From: an uncultured Ruminococcus sp.
GTDB taxonomy: Bacteria > Bacillota > Clostridia > Oscillospirales > CAG-272
Length of the DNA stretch: 50,552 nt
NCBI GenBank assembly: GCA_964593825.1
Contig: CAZQII010000003.1
Span: 1 to 50,552, forward strand
Direction of reading: 5' to 3'
Made by a program: the position numbers and the translations under genes. Of this stretch, positions 8,247 to 18,945 are shown one piece after another (position 1 is the first letter of the stretch; each line of letters starts with the position of its first letter). A model generated the notes under the pieces. That model saw only the letters and a program-made list of their open reading frames with translations. It made no database searches and was not told where the DNA came from.

Positions 8247-9497
8247 CTATGCTTCGGTGATATATCTTTTATACATTCCGAGCCCCTTCGAATCGAGCGT
8301 TGCCGTTACGTAAATACCATCATCGGAATACTCGACCGAATCGACGCTGTACGAATTGTAGATCGCACTCACCGCGGACTGCTCCGCATACGGAACGACC
8401 AGGACGACCCTTTTCTTCTTTCTGCTTATAACATCCTCGATGACACGGATCAGTCCGTCGATGCCCGCACCGGTCAGCGCGGAAATAAAGACGGAGTCCG
8501 TATCCTTCGTGCACGGAACCGTGTCAAGCGCATCGCTTTTGTTATAAGCATATATTATCGGCTTATCCGCGGCGTCGAGCTGCTCGATGATCTCATGAGT
8601 TACGCGCAGATGCTCGGAGAGCTCGGGATCGGTCGCATCCGCAACGATCAAAAGCACATCCGCATATCTAACCTCATCCAGCGTGGATTTGAACGCCTTC
8701 ACGAGATGATGCGGAAGCTTACGTATAAATCCGACCGTATCGGTTATAAGCACGCTCTCGCCGGACGGGAGCACAGTCTTTCTCGTCGTCGGATCGAGCG
8801 TGGCGAAGAGCTTGTCCTCCGAGAGGACACCTGCATCGGTCAGAGTATTTAAAAGAGTCGATTTTCCGGAGTTGGTATAGCCTACGACGGCGAGCTTTAC
8901 GATACCGCTCTTATCGCGGCTCGCGCGCATCACGGCGCGATTCTGCTCCATTTCGTTAAGTCGGTGCTCGAGGGTGTCGATCCGCTCCTTCAGATGCCGC
9001 CTGTCGGTTTCGAGCTTAGATTCACCCGGTCCCCTCGATCCTATACCGCCGCCCTGGCGCGAAAGATCCGCTCCCTTGCCTATAAGGCGCGGCGCAGAGT
9101 ACTTCAGCTGTGCAAGCTCTACCTGCAGCTTTCCGTCCCCACTCACGGCATGCTTTGCGAAAATATCGAGTATCAGCATGCTTCGGTCTATTACAGACGG
9201 TCCGTCAAGATCGTTTTCGAGATTTCTGATCTGCGCGGGAGTGAGCTCGAAATCAAAAACAACAAGCTCCGCGCCGCCGTTACGGCAAAGCTCGCGGATC
9301 TCGTCCACCTTGCCGCTTCCTATACAGGTGCGCGGCTCGAAGCTCTCCTTGACCTGAATGACCTTCGCTATGCATGCTCCGCCCGCCGTGTCAAGCAGCC
9401 GTTCAAGCTCGTCGAGCGAGCGCTCGCACTCGTCAAACTCAGATGTGCGCGCGCAAATGCTGACCAGAACGGCATTTATAATATTACTGTCAGTCAT
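8247..9497 (-). CDS. hflX: GTPase HflX
   Basis: It has GPGESKLETDRR, the G1 motif VGYTNSGKSTLLN and the G3 motif DTVGF. The start was moved to the ATG at 9497 (MTDSNII) because GGAGGA lies immediately upstream. Confidence 0.92.
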   Translation of the reverse strand: MTDSNIINAVLVSICARTSEFDECERSLDELERLLDTAGGACIAKVIQVKESFEPRTCIGSGKVDEIRELCRNGGAELVVFDFELTPAQIRNLENDLDGPSVIDRSMLILDIFAKHAVSGDGKLQVELAQLKYSAPRLIGKGADLSRQGGGIGSRGPGESKLETDRRHLKERIDTLEHRLNEMEQNRAVMRASRDKSGIVKLAVVGYTNSGKSTLLNTLTDAGVLSEDKLFATLDPTTRKTVLPSGESVLITDTVGFIRKLPHHLVKAFKSTLDEVRYADVLLIVADATDPELSEHLRVTHEIIEQLDAADKPIIYAYNKSDALDTVPCTKDTDSVFISALTGAGIDGLIRVIEDVISRKKKRVVLVVPYAEQSAVSAIYNSYSVDSVEYSDDGIYVTATLDSKGLGMYKRYITEA

Positions 9498-9573
9498 TTT
9501 TCCTCCAATACAGAAAAAGAGCGCAGCGACGTCACACAATAGGACAGTCCTACGCTCATTTTCGATGCAATGA

Positions 9574-9783
9574 TTACTTGTTGTTTACCATTGCAAGACG
9601 CTTCTTGAACTTGTCAACACGTCCGCCTGCATCTACAAACTTCTGCTTACCTGTGTAGAAGGGATGGCACTTGGAGCAAATTTCGACGTTCATATCACCC
9701 TTAACGGAGTGAGTCTTTACGGTCTCGCCGCAAGCGCACTTTATAGTAGCTTCTTTGTATTCGGGATGCAATCCTGCCTTCAT
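9574..9783 (-). CDS. rpmE: 50S ribosomal protein L31 (Zn-binding type A)
   Basis: The sequence is [20 protein letters not shown]...[27 protein letters not shown], with four Cys ligands. Confidence 0.97.
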   Translation of the reverse strand: MKAGLHPEYKEATIKCACGETVKTHSVKGDMNVEICSKCHPFYTGKQKFVDAGGRVDKFKKRLAMVNNK

Positions 9784-9824
9784 CTTAACACCTCACAATA
9801 ACATTTTAATTTCTAATCCGTTTA

Positions 9825-9853
9825 ATTATAACACACATTTCTCTTTTTTGCAA
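9825..9853 (-). promoter_or_regulatory. Sigma-A-type promoter for rpmE
   Basis: The minus strand reads TTGCAA (9853..9848), a 17-nt spacer, then TATAAT (9830..9825), preceded by TGT (extended -10). Confidence 0.6.
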
Positions 9854-9871
9854 TAGCTTTTTCGAAAAAAG

Positions 9872-10585
9872 TCAAATTTTTTCCTCGATTTTTTTGCGCA
9901 ATCTTATCATTATCTTTTTTTCCAGACGCGAAATATAGCTTTGCGATATACCGAGCGCGTCCGCGACCTCCTTTTGCGTCATCTCCTCCCCGCCGCAAAG
10001 GCCGAAGCGCATTTCGATTATCACTCTTTCGCGATGATCGAGCTCTCCCACCGCGGCTATTAAAATGCTCCGCTCCTCGTCGTCCTCCATTTTCTTGGAG
10101 ACGCTGTCGCTCTCACCGCCGAGGATGTCGGAGAGGAGGAGCTCGTTTCCGTCATAATCTACGCTCAGCGGCTCGTCAAAGGATATTTCCCTCCTCTTTG
10201 ACGAATGCTTACGGATGAACATCAGGATTTCGTTTTCGATACAGCGCGAGGCATATGTCGCAAGCTTTATGTTCTTTTCGCTGTTAAAGGTGGAGACGGC
10301 CTTCATGAGCCCCACCGTTCCTATCGAGATAAGCTCCTCTATACCGACGCCCGTGTTTTCAAATCTCTTGGCTATATATACCACGAGCCTTAAATTATGC
10401 TCGATCAGCGTCACCCGAGCCTCCTCGCCCTCTATTCTTTCTATGAGCGCTTCCTCCTCCTCGGAGGTCAACGGCGGCGGAAGCGTGTCGCTGCCGTTTA
10501 TGTAAAAAACACCCTTGTTGCGAAAGCGTATAAAATACAGCTTGCTTTTTATTTTCCGAAAGATCAACCTCAAATTACAAAACAT
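9872..10585 (-). CDS. sigE: Sporulation sigma factor pro-sigma-E
   Basis: The pro-sequence is followed by [84 protein letters not shown]. The gene lies immediately downstream of spoIIGA. The ATG at 10585 is preferred over the TTG at 10591; the start is uncertain by 2 codons. Confidence 0.9.
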   Translation of the reverse strand: MFCNLRLIFRKIKSKLYFIRFRNKGVFYINGSDTLPPPLTSEEEEALIERIEGEEARVTLIEHNLRLVVYIAKRFENTGVGIEELISIGTVGLMKAVSTFNSEKNIKLATYASRCIENEILMFIRKHSSKRREISFDEPLSVDYDGNELLLSDILGGESDSVSKKMEDDEERSILIAAVGELDHRERVIIEMRFGLCGGEEMTQKEVADALGISQSYISRLEKKIMIRLRKKIEEKI

Positions 10586-11444
10586 CGTCAATTGCGGCGG
10601 CGGGCATGAGTGCCTCGTATCCGTCGTATGTACCCCCTTCGTTATCCGCGGCTATCACCGCGTCTATTATGTGCTTTGCGGAATCGCCCCCTCCGCCAAG
10701 GATCTTAATGCCGTCCGGCCTTACACCTACGATTATTTTTCTGCCGCCGAGCGACGATGCGGGAATCAGCGATATGCGACTTAAAAATCTCCGCTCCGCG
10801 TCCGTAAGCTCCGACGGATCGGTCGGAAAGGCGCGGTCGAGCCTTTTTGCGACACACGCTTTTATGAGGATGACCGGCTTCTTTGACATATCGGTCAAAA
10901 AATTCCCCGTGTCGACGAGCGCCTCGACGGATTCGATCATTCCGAAAAGCGATATTTCCAATGTTACGGTCCTTGCGCTTGCGGTATGCGAGAAAAACAG
11001 TATCACAAGTTTAAACAGCGCGATCGATAAAAGCACGGTCAGAGCTAAAATAATGAGTCGCCTGTTCGGCTCGGCAATGCCCTCCCCGTACGACGGCCGA
11101 GAATCGAAATACCTGCTAAGAAATCCGTATGCGAATTCTACAAGACCGCCGATAAGCAATTGCAAGATTGCAAATATAAAGGTGAGCTTTATTCTCCTGT
11201 AAATCGAGATCCCCCGGGCAGCAAGGATCGCCGTCAAAGAAAAGTACAAAAGCGAAAGAAGGAGCTCAAAGACGGGACCGCTGCCGTAAAGCACGTTTAC
11301 AAGAGCGAGCACCGCTCCTATCGCGGAGAGGGACAGTATGCGTCGGAGCGACGACGGAATCCTCGAGAGCGACACGGCAAAAAATAGTGCAAGAGTATCA
11401 ACCGTGAAATTTATTAAAAAATAAACGTCCGCATAAAAGACCAA
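10575..11444 (-). CDS. spoIIGA: Sigma-E processing aspartic peptidase SpoIIGA
   Basis: It has a polytopic membrane N-half and the [11 protein letters not shown] active-site motif. I chose the TTG at 11444 ([12 protein letters not shown]...) because GGAGGTG lies 5 nt upstream. The ORF-track ATG at 11507 has no RBS. Confidence 0.85.
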   Translation of the reverse strand: MVFYADVYFLINFTVDTLALFFAVSLSRIPSSLRRILSLSAIGAVLALVNVLYGSGPVFELLLSLLYFSLTAILAARGISIYRRIKLTFIFAILQLLIGGLVEFAYGFLSRYFDSRPSYGEGIAEPNRRLIILALTVLLSIALFKLVILFFSHTASARTVTLEISLFGMIESVEALVDTGNFLTDMSKKPVILIKACVAKRLDRAFPTDPSELTDAERRFLSRISLIPASSLGGRKIIVGVRPDGIKILGGGGDSAKHIIDAVIAADNEGGTYDGYEALMPAAAIDDVL

Positions 11445-11521
11445 GCTATCACCTCCCGCATTAAATAATATCACACCGCGGGCGAATATGTTGTCGCAAA
11501 ATAGCAACGGAAAAATCTTTT

Positions 11522-11552
11522 AAAAAAAGCCTCGGTGCATTAGCACCGAGGC
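11522..11552 (-). terminator. Rho-independent terminator after mrp
   Basis: GCCTCGGTGC (11529..11538) pairs with GCACCGAGGC (11543..11552) around a 4-nt loop. The A7 run at 11522..11528 gives T7 on the minus strand. Confidence 0.85.
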
Positions 11553-11572
11553 TTCGAAAAACGCAAATATGA

Positions 11573-12388
11573 TCAGATCTTTTCAACCGCATCGGCGGCT
11601 TTTTCCATAAAATCTCCCTCAAAAAGCTCTATAACGCCCTTGTCGCAAAGAGAAGCAAGCGACGGATCTATCGGCAGCTGTGCAAGCACCTCGGTGCCGT
11701 ATTTTTGAGCGAGCTCGTTTATGTGACTCTCTCCGTAGGGTCTTATGACCTTTCCGCAATCGGGACAAAGGATATAGCTGTAATTTTCCACAAGGCCGAG
11801 GACCTTTATATCCATCATTTCGGCCATGCTTACCGCCTTTGCGACGATCATGGAAACAAGCTCCTGCGGGCTGGTCACAATAATTATACCGTCGAGCGGA
11901 AGACTTTGGAATACCGTGAGGGGGACATCTCCCGTTCCGGGAGGCATGTCGACGAACATGTAGTCGACGTCATTCCATACCACCTCGCTCCAAAACTGCT
12001 TTACGGTTCCGGCGATCACGGGTCCGCGCCAAACAACGGGCTTGGTCTCCTCATCCACAAGAAGGTTGAGGCTCATGATCTCTATTCCCGTCTTCGTCAC
12101 GGGAGGTATCATTCCGAGCTCCGTGCCCGAGACGCATCCGCACTGCATTCCGAATGATTTGGGAATCGACGGACCGGTAATATCCGCATCGAGGATAGCC
12201 GTCTTATAGCCTCTTCTCTGCATCGTCACCGCGAGCATCGAGGTGACCAAGGACTTTCCGACTCCGCCCTTACCGCTTACAACACCTATAACGTGCTTTA
12301 CATTGCTCGCCTTGTTCTGCGGCACGAGGAGTGATTCCTTCGAGCACTTTTCGCTGCAATTAGAGCAATCATGTGAACATTCTGCCAT
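11573..12388 (-). CDS. mrp: Mrp/NBP35/ApbC-family Fe-S cluster carrier ATPase
   Basis: It has the deviant Walker A GKGGVGKS, the N-terminal Cys cluster CSHDCSNCSEKC, and a later CPDC. A GGAG RBS precedes the start. Confidence 0.85.
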   Translation of the reverse strand: MAECSHDCSNCSEKCSKESLLVPQNKASNVKHVIGVVSGKGGVGKSLVTSMLAVTMQRRGYKTAILDADITGPSIPKSFGMQCGCVSGTELGMIPPVTKTGIEIMSLNLLVDEETKPVVWRGPVIAGTVKQFWSEVVWNDVDYMFVDMPPGTGDVPLTVFQSLPLDGIIIVTSPQELVSMIVAKAVSMAEMMDIKVLGLVENYSYILCPDCGKVIRPYGESHINELAQKYGTEVLAQLPIDPSLASLCDKGVIELFEGDFMEKAADAVEKI

Positions 12389-12407
12389 AATTTATCTCCG
12401 TTAAAAA

Positions 12408-14693
12408 TTATATTGACTCAATTTTAATACCGTCGGCGTCTGTCGTAAGATGCATGCCGATCGGCTTTTGCTCCGCGCTGTCTATAAGGAGCTCGGCTAT
12501 CTTATCCTCTACATTCTTTTCAATGAAGCGACGCATATTGCGGGCTCCGAACTTCTCGGAATAAGACTTATCCGCTATATAAGCGGGGACCTCGCTCGAA
12601 TACGAAAGACGCATGCCGCTCTCTGCCAGATGATCCGTCAGCTTTCCGAGCATTATCCTCGCGATGGATGCAAGATCGCTCCTGTCAAGATGTCTGAATG
12701 CGATGATCTCGTCGATCCTGTTTATGAACTCGGGTCTTAAAAATGTCGAAAGCGAGCGATCGACGCGCTCCTTGTCCTGAAGGACTCTGTTTTCGGCAAA
12801 TCCCGAAACCGAGCTTGAGGATTCGCTGCCGGCGTTCGTCGTCATTATTATTATCGTGTTTTCGAAATTGACCTGACGTCCCTGCGCATCGGTGATATGA
12901 CCGTCGTCGAGCACCTGAAGAAGAACATTCAAGACGTCCGGATGCGCCTTTTCTATCTCATCGAAGAGAATCACGGAATACGGACGGCGGCGGATCTTCT
13001 CCGTCAGCTGACCTGCCTCGTCGTATCCCACATAGCCGGGAGGCGCGCCGACAATGCGCGAGACGGAATGCTTTTCCATAAATTCCGACATATCAAGCCT
13101 TATCAATGCCTCGGGCTGCTTAAACAGATCCTCCGCAAGCACCTTGACGAGCTCCGTTTTTCCGACTCCGGTGGGACCGGCGAATATCATTGAAACAGGA
13201 CCTCGCCTGTAAGATGCGCCGGAGCGCTTACGCTTCACCGCCCGAACGACAGCGTCGACCGCCTCGTCCTGACCTATTATCCTCGAGCGTATCCTCTCGG
13301 AGAGGCCCTTGAGCTCACCGATCTCGCCGAGCGAGAGCTCAGATGCTGGGATGCCCGTCCATATCTCTATGACATTCAAAAGATCTGCGGGTGTAAGAGA
13401 GAGCGAGCTTATCACGGGGACAAGCGCCTCTTGCTTTTTCTCGATATTGAGCCGCTCTGCCTTCAATTCGGCAAGCCTCTTGTAATTATCGTCCGTCTGC
13501 CCCTCCGGCTTTTCGACAAGAGCCTCAACATCGGACTCCGTCTTATCGAGCTCGGCAAGCTTTTTTTCGTTTCTTCTGTGCTCGTTAAGCTCCGGGGAGG
13601 AAAGCGACTTTTTAGAAGCCGCCTCATCGATGAGGTCGATGGCCTTGTCGGGCAAGAATCTGTCATTTATATAGCGCTCGGAGAGGATCGCCGCCAGCCT
13701 TGCGACGGAATCGTCGATCGTCACTCCGTGGAACTGCTCGTAATACTTTTTTATTCCTCTGATTATATTGACCGTCTCTTCGATCGAGGGCTCCTCGATC
13801 TTGACGGGCTGGAAGCGGCGCTCAAGCGCGCTGTCCTTCTCGATATATTTACGGTATTCCTTCAATGTCGTCGAGCCGATGACGCGGATCTCGCCCCTCG
13901 AAAGCGCGGGCTTTAAAAGGTTCGCCGCACTCATGCTCCCGTCGGAGGTCTCACCTGCGCCGGCGATATTGTGCACCTCGTCGATCATCAGTATGATATT
14001 TCCCGCGGCCTTGATTTCCTTCAAAAGCGCGAGTATCCTCGACTCGAACTGACCGCGGAACTGAGTCCCCGCGACCAAGGATGTCAGATCAAGCTGCCAG
14101 ATCTCAAATCCGCACAGCGCCTCCGGCACCCGCTCCTCGACGATACGCCATGCGAGCTCCTCGGCAATAGCGGTCTTACCGACGCCGGGCTCACCTATAA
14201 GACACGGGTTGTTCTTTTGGCGGCGGCAAAGGATCTGAATCATTCTGTCGATCTCCCTGTCGCGGCCGACTATTCTGTCGATCTTGCCCTCAAGAGCCTT
14301 TTTATTCAGGTTGGTGCAATATGTCGAGAGGTTCTTTTTCTGAGCCTCCTTCGCCTGCGGTGCGCCCTTTTGCGCATTTTTCTTACCGTCGCCCTGCTTA
14401 AACGGCGGCTTGCCGAAGATCTCATTCAGGTTGAGCGTCGGAACATGTCCGTCGACCGAACCGTCGTCTCCCTCCTGCGCCTCGGGCAGATTCGAGCCGA
14501 TAAAGCTAAGCATTCCGTCGATCTCATCCTCGCTCACACCCATGCTTTTTATCATATCGTTAACGGGCTTTATACCGAGCTCGGACGCGCAGACGAGGCA
14601 CAGTCCCTCATCGATTTTTTTATCGTTTTCAACTCTTGTAATAAAAACCATCGCAGGTCTTTTTTTACATCTTGAGCAAAGTTGCATTTTCAT
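12408..14693 (-). CDS. clpE: Class-I Clp/Hsp100 AAA+ ATPase with N-terminal zinc ribbon (ClpE-like architecture)
   Basis: The N-terminus CSRCKKRPA...CLVCA is a CxxC...CxxC ribbon. The two AAA+ modules carry [12 protein letters not shown] and [12 protein letters not shown]. The gene symbol is inferred from domain architecture only. Confidence 0.75.
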   Translation of the reverse strand: MKMQLCSRCKKRPAMVFITRVENDKKIDEGLCLVCASELGIKPVNDMIKSMGVSEDEIDGMLSFIGSNLPEAQEGDDGSVDGHVPTLNLNEIFGKPPFKQGDGKKNAQKGAPQAKEAQKKNLSTYCTNLNKKALEGKIDRIVGRDREIDRMIQILCRRQKNNPCLIGEPGVGKTAIAEELAWRIVEERVPEALCGFEIWQLDLTSLVAGTQFRGQFESRILALLKEIKAAGNIILMIDEVHNIAGAGETSDGSMSAANLLKPALSRGEIRVIGSTTLKEYRKYIEKDSALERRFQPVKIEEPSIEETVNIIRGIKKYYEQFHGVTIDDSVARLAAILSERYINDRFLPDKAIDLIDEAASKKSLSSPELNEHRRNEKKLAELDKTESDVEALVEKPEGQTDDNYKRLAELKAERLNIEKKQEALVPVISSLSLTPADLLNVIEIWTGIPASELSLGEIGELKGLSERIRSRIIGQDEAVDAVVRAVKRKRSGASYRRGPVSMIFAGPTGVGKTELVKVLAEDLFKQPEALIRLDMSEFMEKHSVSRIVGAPPGYVGYDEAGQLTEKIRRRPYSVILFDEIEKAHPDVLNVLLQVLDDGHITDAQGRQVNFENTIIIMTTNAGSESSSSVSGFAENRVLQDKERVDRSLSTFLRPEFINRIDEIIAFRHLDRSDLASIARIMLGKLTDHLAESGMRLSYSSEVPAYIADKSYSEKFGARNMRRFIEKNVEDKIAELLIDSAEQKPIGMHLTTDADGIKIESI

Positions 14694-14720
14694 TTATAAC
14701 TTTATTACGCCTTTTCTGTT

Positions 14721-15371
14721 TTAAAATCCGAAAAATAATGTCCACGCGCTCTTTATCGCGTCGTAAACGAATCCGCCCGTGAACTCCGCAAAGAATTTAA
14801 CATCCTTAAGCAGATCGAGCTTGACCAAGAAGCCGAACACGTTCGCCACGACGGTTGCGATAACAAAGAACACAAGCAATCCGAGGACCGCGCCGAGCAC
14901 CCTGGAGATGTACTTCAAAAAGCCGATATTGAGGATTAGGTTAAGAAGCCCGAAGGCAATGCTGAGCAAAAGCTTTCCGAGCAAGTACGCGACAAAAAAC
15001 GTGATTATCACGGAAAGGATCAAAAATACCGGCTCGAGAATATTCGATATGATCTCGACCGAATCGGTGGCAAGAGTCTCCTTTGTTATCCCTATCATTC
15101 TGAAGAACAGCGGGACCTCATCCTTGTCGGCGCACATTTTTATTATCTGCTCGCTGCATTTTCCGAGCAACGGCTCCTTTATTGCAGGGAGCACGACCGA
15201 GGTCGAAAGAGAAACCGCGGCGACCGACGCAATGACAAACGAAGATAAAAGCTTGAACGGCTTCGCGATGACCTTAACGACACCGAATCTCGCGCCGTAG
15301 ATAAATCCGAAGCATATTATCGCAATAAGGACGATATCGAAAACGACATTCGACCAGATTATAGAATCCAT
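14721..15371 (-). CDS. cvpA: CvpA-family integral membrane protein
   Basis: The polytopic membrane profile and the N-terminus VVFDIVLIAIICFGFIYGARFGVVKVIAKPF are typical of the CvpA family. This rests on weak similarity reasoning only. Confidence 0.55.
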   Translation of the reverse strand: MDSIIWSNVVFDIVLIAIICFGFIYGARFGVVKVIAKPFKLLSSFVIASVAAVSLSTSVVLPAIKEPLLGKCSEQIIKMCADKDEVPLFFRMIGITKETLATDSVEIISNILEPVFLILSVIITFFVAYLLGKLLLSIAFGLLNLILNIGFLKYISRVLGAVLGLLVFFVIATVVANVFGFLVKLDLLKDVKFFAEFTGGFVYDAIKSAWTLFFGF

Positions 15372-15403
15372 ATTTACAGGCTCCTTTCAAAGCTACGTGT
15401 AAA

Positions 15404-15432
15404 ATTATACTATATAATGAGCGTAAAGTCAA
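15404..15432 (-). promoter_or_regulatory. Consensus sigma-A-type promoter for cvpA-clp-mrp
   Basis: The minus strand reads TTGACT (15432..15427), a 17-nt spacer, then TATAAT (15409..15404). Confidence 0.65.
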
Positions 15433-15450
15433 TAATCCCCTTTAAAATAT

Positions 15451-18400
15451 TTATTTTTTAACATTTTCCTCTCCGAAGATCTCACCGAGCCGAGCGATGA
15501 GAGCGTCGCTCCCCGAAGCGGTAATTCCCTTCATCGCTTTATACTTTTTCTCGCTCTCGTCGTAAAACACGATCGGTACCCTTCCCGGATTCAGTGCGGA
15601 AAGGCGCATGACCGACGCGATCCTTTTATCCGCCATATTCGGAACCTTTATATATATGCGCTGTGCGGCGGTCTCTTTTGCTTTTTGAGAGGATACGTAT
15701 TCGGAATTTGTCTTTAAGGGTCTTGCACCGGAGAGCAGGATCCTTGCGGCCTCGCCGTCCTCGGCAAGCGCCTGTCCCTCTATGGCAACGGCACTGTCGG
15801 AGATGAGCAGCGATGAATACTCTCTGTACTGCTTTGCGAAAACGATCACATCTATCTCGCCGTATTTGTCGTCGAGAGTTATAAAGGCCATTGTATCTCC
15901 GCTCTTTGTCAGCTTTGTCCGCTTTGCCGTTATGATACCCGCGACCCTTACCTTGCACCTGTCGGTGTATTTATGATTCTCGGCAGCTTGTGCATCCTCG
16001 TCGAGGTCCGAGATGATATCTATGCTCCTGTCCGGTGCAAGCTGCTCGATCTCCCTCGAATAATTGTCGAGCATGTGACCGGAGAAATACATTCCGGAGC
16101 TCTCACGCTCGAGCAAGAGCAGCTCCCTGAACGAGAACTCATCCACCTGCGGATATTCGTAGGCGGATCTTATGTCGGACGACGGAGAGAGCGCGGAAAA
16201 GAAATCGATCTGTCCGGAAACATTGTTCCTTGCCCTGTCGTGCTCCGCCTCGATAATAGACTCGTATACCCGTATAAGCGCGCTCCTCGGAACGCCGAGC
16301 GAATCGAAAACGCCGCACTTTATAAACGACTCGAGCGTCCTTTTGTTAATATCGGCCCCCGACATCCTCGAGACGAATTCGTCGAATGAGGTAAACGGGC
16401 CGTGCATATTTCTCTCTTTTACAACGGCATCGGTAAAGCTGCGTCCGACATTCTTGATTGCAAGAAGGCCAAAGCGGATATTACCGTCCGAAACGGAAAA
16501 ATCGGAGCAGCTTTTATTTATATCGGGCGGCAAAACGCGGACGCCGTTCTTCTGCGCATCCGTAATATATTCCCTCAGCTTTTGAGTGTTGTCGAGCACG
16601 CTTGTCAGCAATGCCGCAAAATATTCCGCCGGATAGTGCGCCTTCAAATATGCCGTTCTGTATGAAATGATGCCGTATGCCGTCGCGTGGCTCTTGTTGA
16701 ATGCGTATTTTGCAAAGCCGAGCATATCCTCAAATATTTTTTCCGCGGCTGTGCGTTCTATACCGCGCTGTGCGCATCCGAGAACGAAATTCTCGCGCTC
16801 CGCCTTCATTGCCTCGGTCTTCTTCTTCGCCATTGCACGGCGCACGATATCGGCGCGTGCATACGAATAGCCAGCCAGGACTCTGAAGATCTGCATGACC
16901 TGCTCCTGATATACTATGCATCCGTAGGTCACGTCAAGGATCTCGCGGAGCGCATCCACCGTATAGACCGTGCTCTCCTTGCCGTGCTTTCTCGCGATAA
17001 AGAGATCGATAGAATCCATGGGGCCGGGGCGATAAAGAGCGATACATGCGATAACATCCTCGATGGCCGAGGGACGGAGCTTTGAGAGCACCTGCTTCAT
17101 TCCGCCGGACTCAAGCTGGAAAACTCCGTCCGTGCGAGCATCGCACAGCAGTCTGAACGTCTCGGCATCGTCAAGCGGAATATCGCATATGTCGAAGCTG
17201 CCGGTGCGCTCTGCGATCGCACGCTCCGTGTCATGGATCACGGTGAGATATCTCAAACCGAGAAAATCGAACTTCACGAGTCCGAGCGCGGCATCGGTAT
17301 TCATGTCAAACTGCGTCACAACGCCCGTTCCGCTGTATGACAGCGGAACATACTCATATGTCGGGCGCTCCGTGATTACGACTCCGGCGGCATGCGTGGA
17401 TGCATGGCGCGGCATACCCTCAAGCGCACGGCTGAGATCTATGAGCCTTGCGGCATCGGGATCGCTTTTGTACACTTCTCCGAGATCCTTTGTTGCAAGT
17501 GCGGAATCGAGTGTGACCGAGATGTCTCGCGGTATGAGCTTTGCGATTTGATCGACTCTGCCGTACGGCATTCCGATGGCGCGTCCCACATCTCTCACGG
17601 CGGCGCGCGCAGCAAGCGTTCCAAAGGTCACGATCTGGGCAACTCTGTCCTCACCGTACCTGCGCTTAACGTATTCGATCACTTCTTCTCTTCTGTTATA
17701 GCAAAAATCTATATCGAAATCGGGCATCGATATTCTTTCCGGATTCAAAAAGCGCTCAAAAAGAAGATCGAACGCAATCGGATCGACATCGGTGATGCCG
17801 ATGCAAAAGGCGACAAGGCTGCCCGCGCCCGAGCCCCTGCCCGGTCCGACGGGAATGTCCGCGCGCTTTGCGTAAGAGACGAAATCGCTGACGATCAAAA
17901 AGTACGCGTTGAACCCCATTTTGTCAATAACGGAAAGCTCGTACTCGATACGCGAAATATATTCGTCCTCCGTATGACCGACGAGGTCGAATCTGTTCTT
18001 CCGCTTTTTTTCATCAAAGCCGCGATAGGCATCTATCCTTAATTTTTCTTTGTGCGACGATCCGTCCTCCGGCTTAAAGTCGGGCAGATGGAGCTTGTTG
18101 AATTCAAAATCGAAATTGCACTTCTCGGCGATTTTGACGCTGTTCTCCACCGCGCCCTTAAATGACGAGAAGAGGACGCGCATCTCCTCGCTCGTCTTGA
18201 AATAAAATTCATCGGTCTCAAAGCCCAAGGGGCGACCGTCCGTTATCACGCTGTTTGTCTGAATGCACATGAGGGTCGCCTGTATCTCGGCATCGGAGCG
18301 CTCGAGATAATGGACGTCGTTGGTCGCGACCATGGGTATGCCGAGCTTTTCCGAAATGAGCTTAATGCCGTAAGCGACCTTGCGCTCCTCGTCGAGGCCG

Positions 18401-18927
18401 TGATTCTGCACCTCAAGATAAAAATCGTCGCCGAATATCTCTCGCATCTCGATCGCATATGCCTCGGCCTCCGCCATGCTTCCCGCGATTATCAATTGAG
18501 GTATCCTGCCCGCAACGCATCCGGAAAGCGCGATAAGCCCCTCAGAGCATGTGCGTATAAGATCCATATCCACGCGCGGCTTGGAATAAAATCCGTCGAT
18601 AAAGCTTTTTGAGACCATGTAACAAAGATTTTTGTAACCTATGTCGTTCTTACAGAGCAATATCAGGTGATTACCCGACATATCCGTGCGCTCTCTGTCA
18701 AGTCGCGAGCGCGGAGCGACATATACCTCGCATCCGATTATCGGCTTTATTCCCTTTGCCTTAAGCGCGTTGTAAAATTCGACCGCACCGTACATCACGC
18801 CGTGGTCCGTTATGGCAACGGCACTCTGACCGCATTCAAGAGCCTTGTCGGCTATTTTCGATATTCTTGCAGCTCCGTCGAGAAGGCTGTATTCCGTATG
18901 CAAATGCAGATGTACAAAGTCTGCCAT
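15451..18927 (-). CDS. dnaE: DNA polymerase III alpha subunit (DnaE type)
   Basis: It has the PHP N-terminus FVHLHLHTEYSLLDGA and is 1158 aa long. The central palm/fingers region includes LGLVKFDFLGLRYLT. Confidence 0.95.
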   Translation of the reverse strand: MADFVHLHLHTEYSLLDGAARISKIADKALECGQSAVAITDHGVMYGAVEFYNALKAKGIKPIIGCEVYVAPRSRLDRERTDMSGNHLILLCKNDIGYKNLCYMVSKSFIDGFYSKPRVDMDLIRTCSEGLIALSGCVAGRIPQLIIAGSMAEAEAYAIEMREIFGDDFYLEVQNHGLDEERKVAYGIKLISEKLGIPMVATNDVHYLERSDAEIQATLMCIQTNSVITDGRPLGFETDEFYFKTSEEMRVLFSSFKGAVENSVKIAEKCNFDFEFNKLHLPDFKPEDGSSHKEKLRIDAYRGFDEKKRKNRFDLVGHTEDEYISRIEYELSVIDKMGFNAYFLIVSDFVSYAKRADIPVGPGRGSGAGSLVAFCIGITDVDPIAFDLLFERFLNPERISMPDFDIDFCYNRREEVIEYVKRRYGEDRVAQIVTFGTLAARAAVRDVGRAIGMPYGRVDQIAKLIPRDISVTLDSALATKDLGEVYKSDPDAARLIDLSRALEGMPRHASTHAAGVVITERPTYEYVPLSYSGTGVVTQFDMNTDAALGLVKFDFLGLRYLTVIHDTERAIAERTGSFDICDIPLDDAETFRLLCDARTDGVFQLESGGMKQVLSKLRPSAIEDVIACIALYRPGPMDSIDLFIARKHGKESTVYTVDALREILDVTYGCIVYQEQVMQIFRVLAGYSYARADIVRRAMAKKKTEAMKAERENFVLGCAQRGIERTAAEKIFEDMLGFAKYAFNKSHATAYGIISYRTAYLKAHYPAEYFAALLTSVLDNTQKLREYITDAQKNGVRVLPPDINKSCSDFSVSDGNIRFGLLAIKNVGRSFTDAVVKERNMHGPFTSFDEFVSRMSGADINKRTLESFIKCGVFDSLGVPRSALIRVYESIIEAEHDRARNNVSGQIDFFSALSPSSDIRSAYEYPQVDEFSFRELLLLERESSGMYFSGHMLDNYSREIEQLAPDRSIDIISDLDEDAQAAENHKYTDRCKVRVAGIITAKRTKLTKSGDTMAFITLDDKYGEIDVIVFAKQYREYSSLLISDSAVAIEGQALAEDGEAARILLSGARPLKTNSEYVSSQKAKETAAQRIYIKVPNMADKRIASVMRLSALNPGRVPIVFYDESEKKYKAMKGITASGSDALIARLGEIFGEENVKK

Positions 18928-18945
18928 AATAAACGTCCCCTTTGA

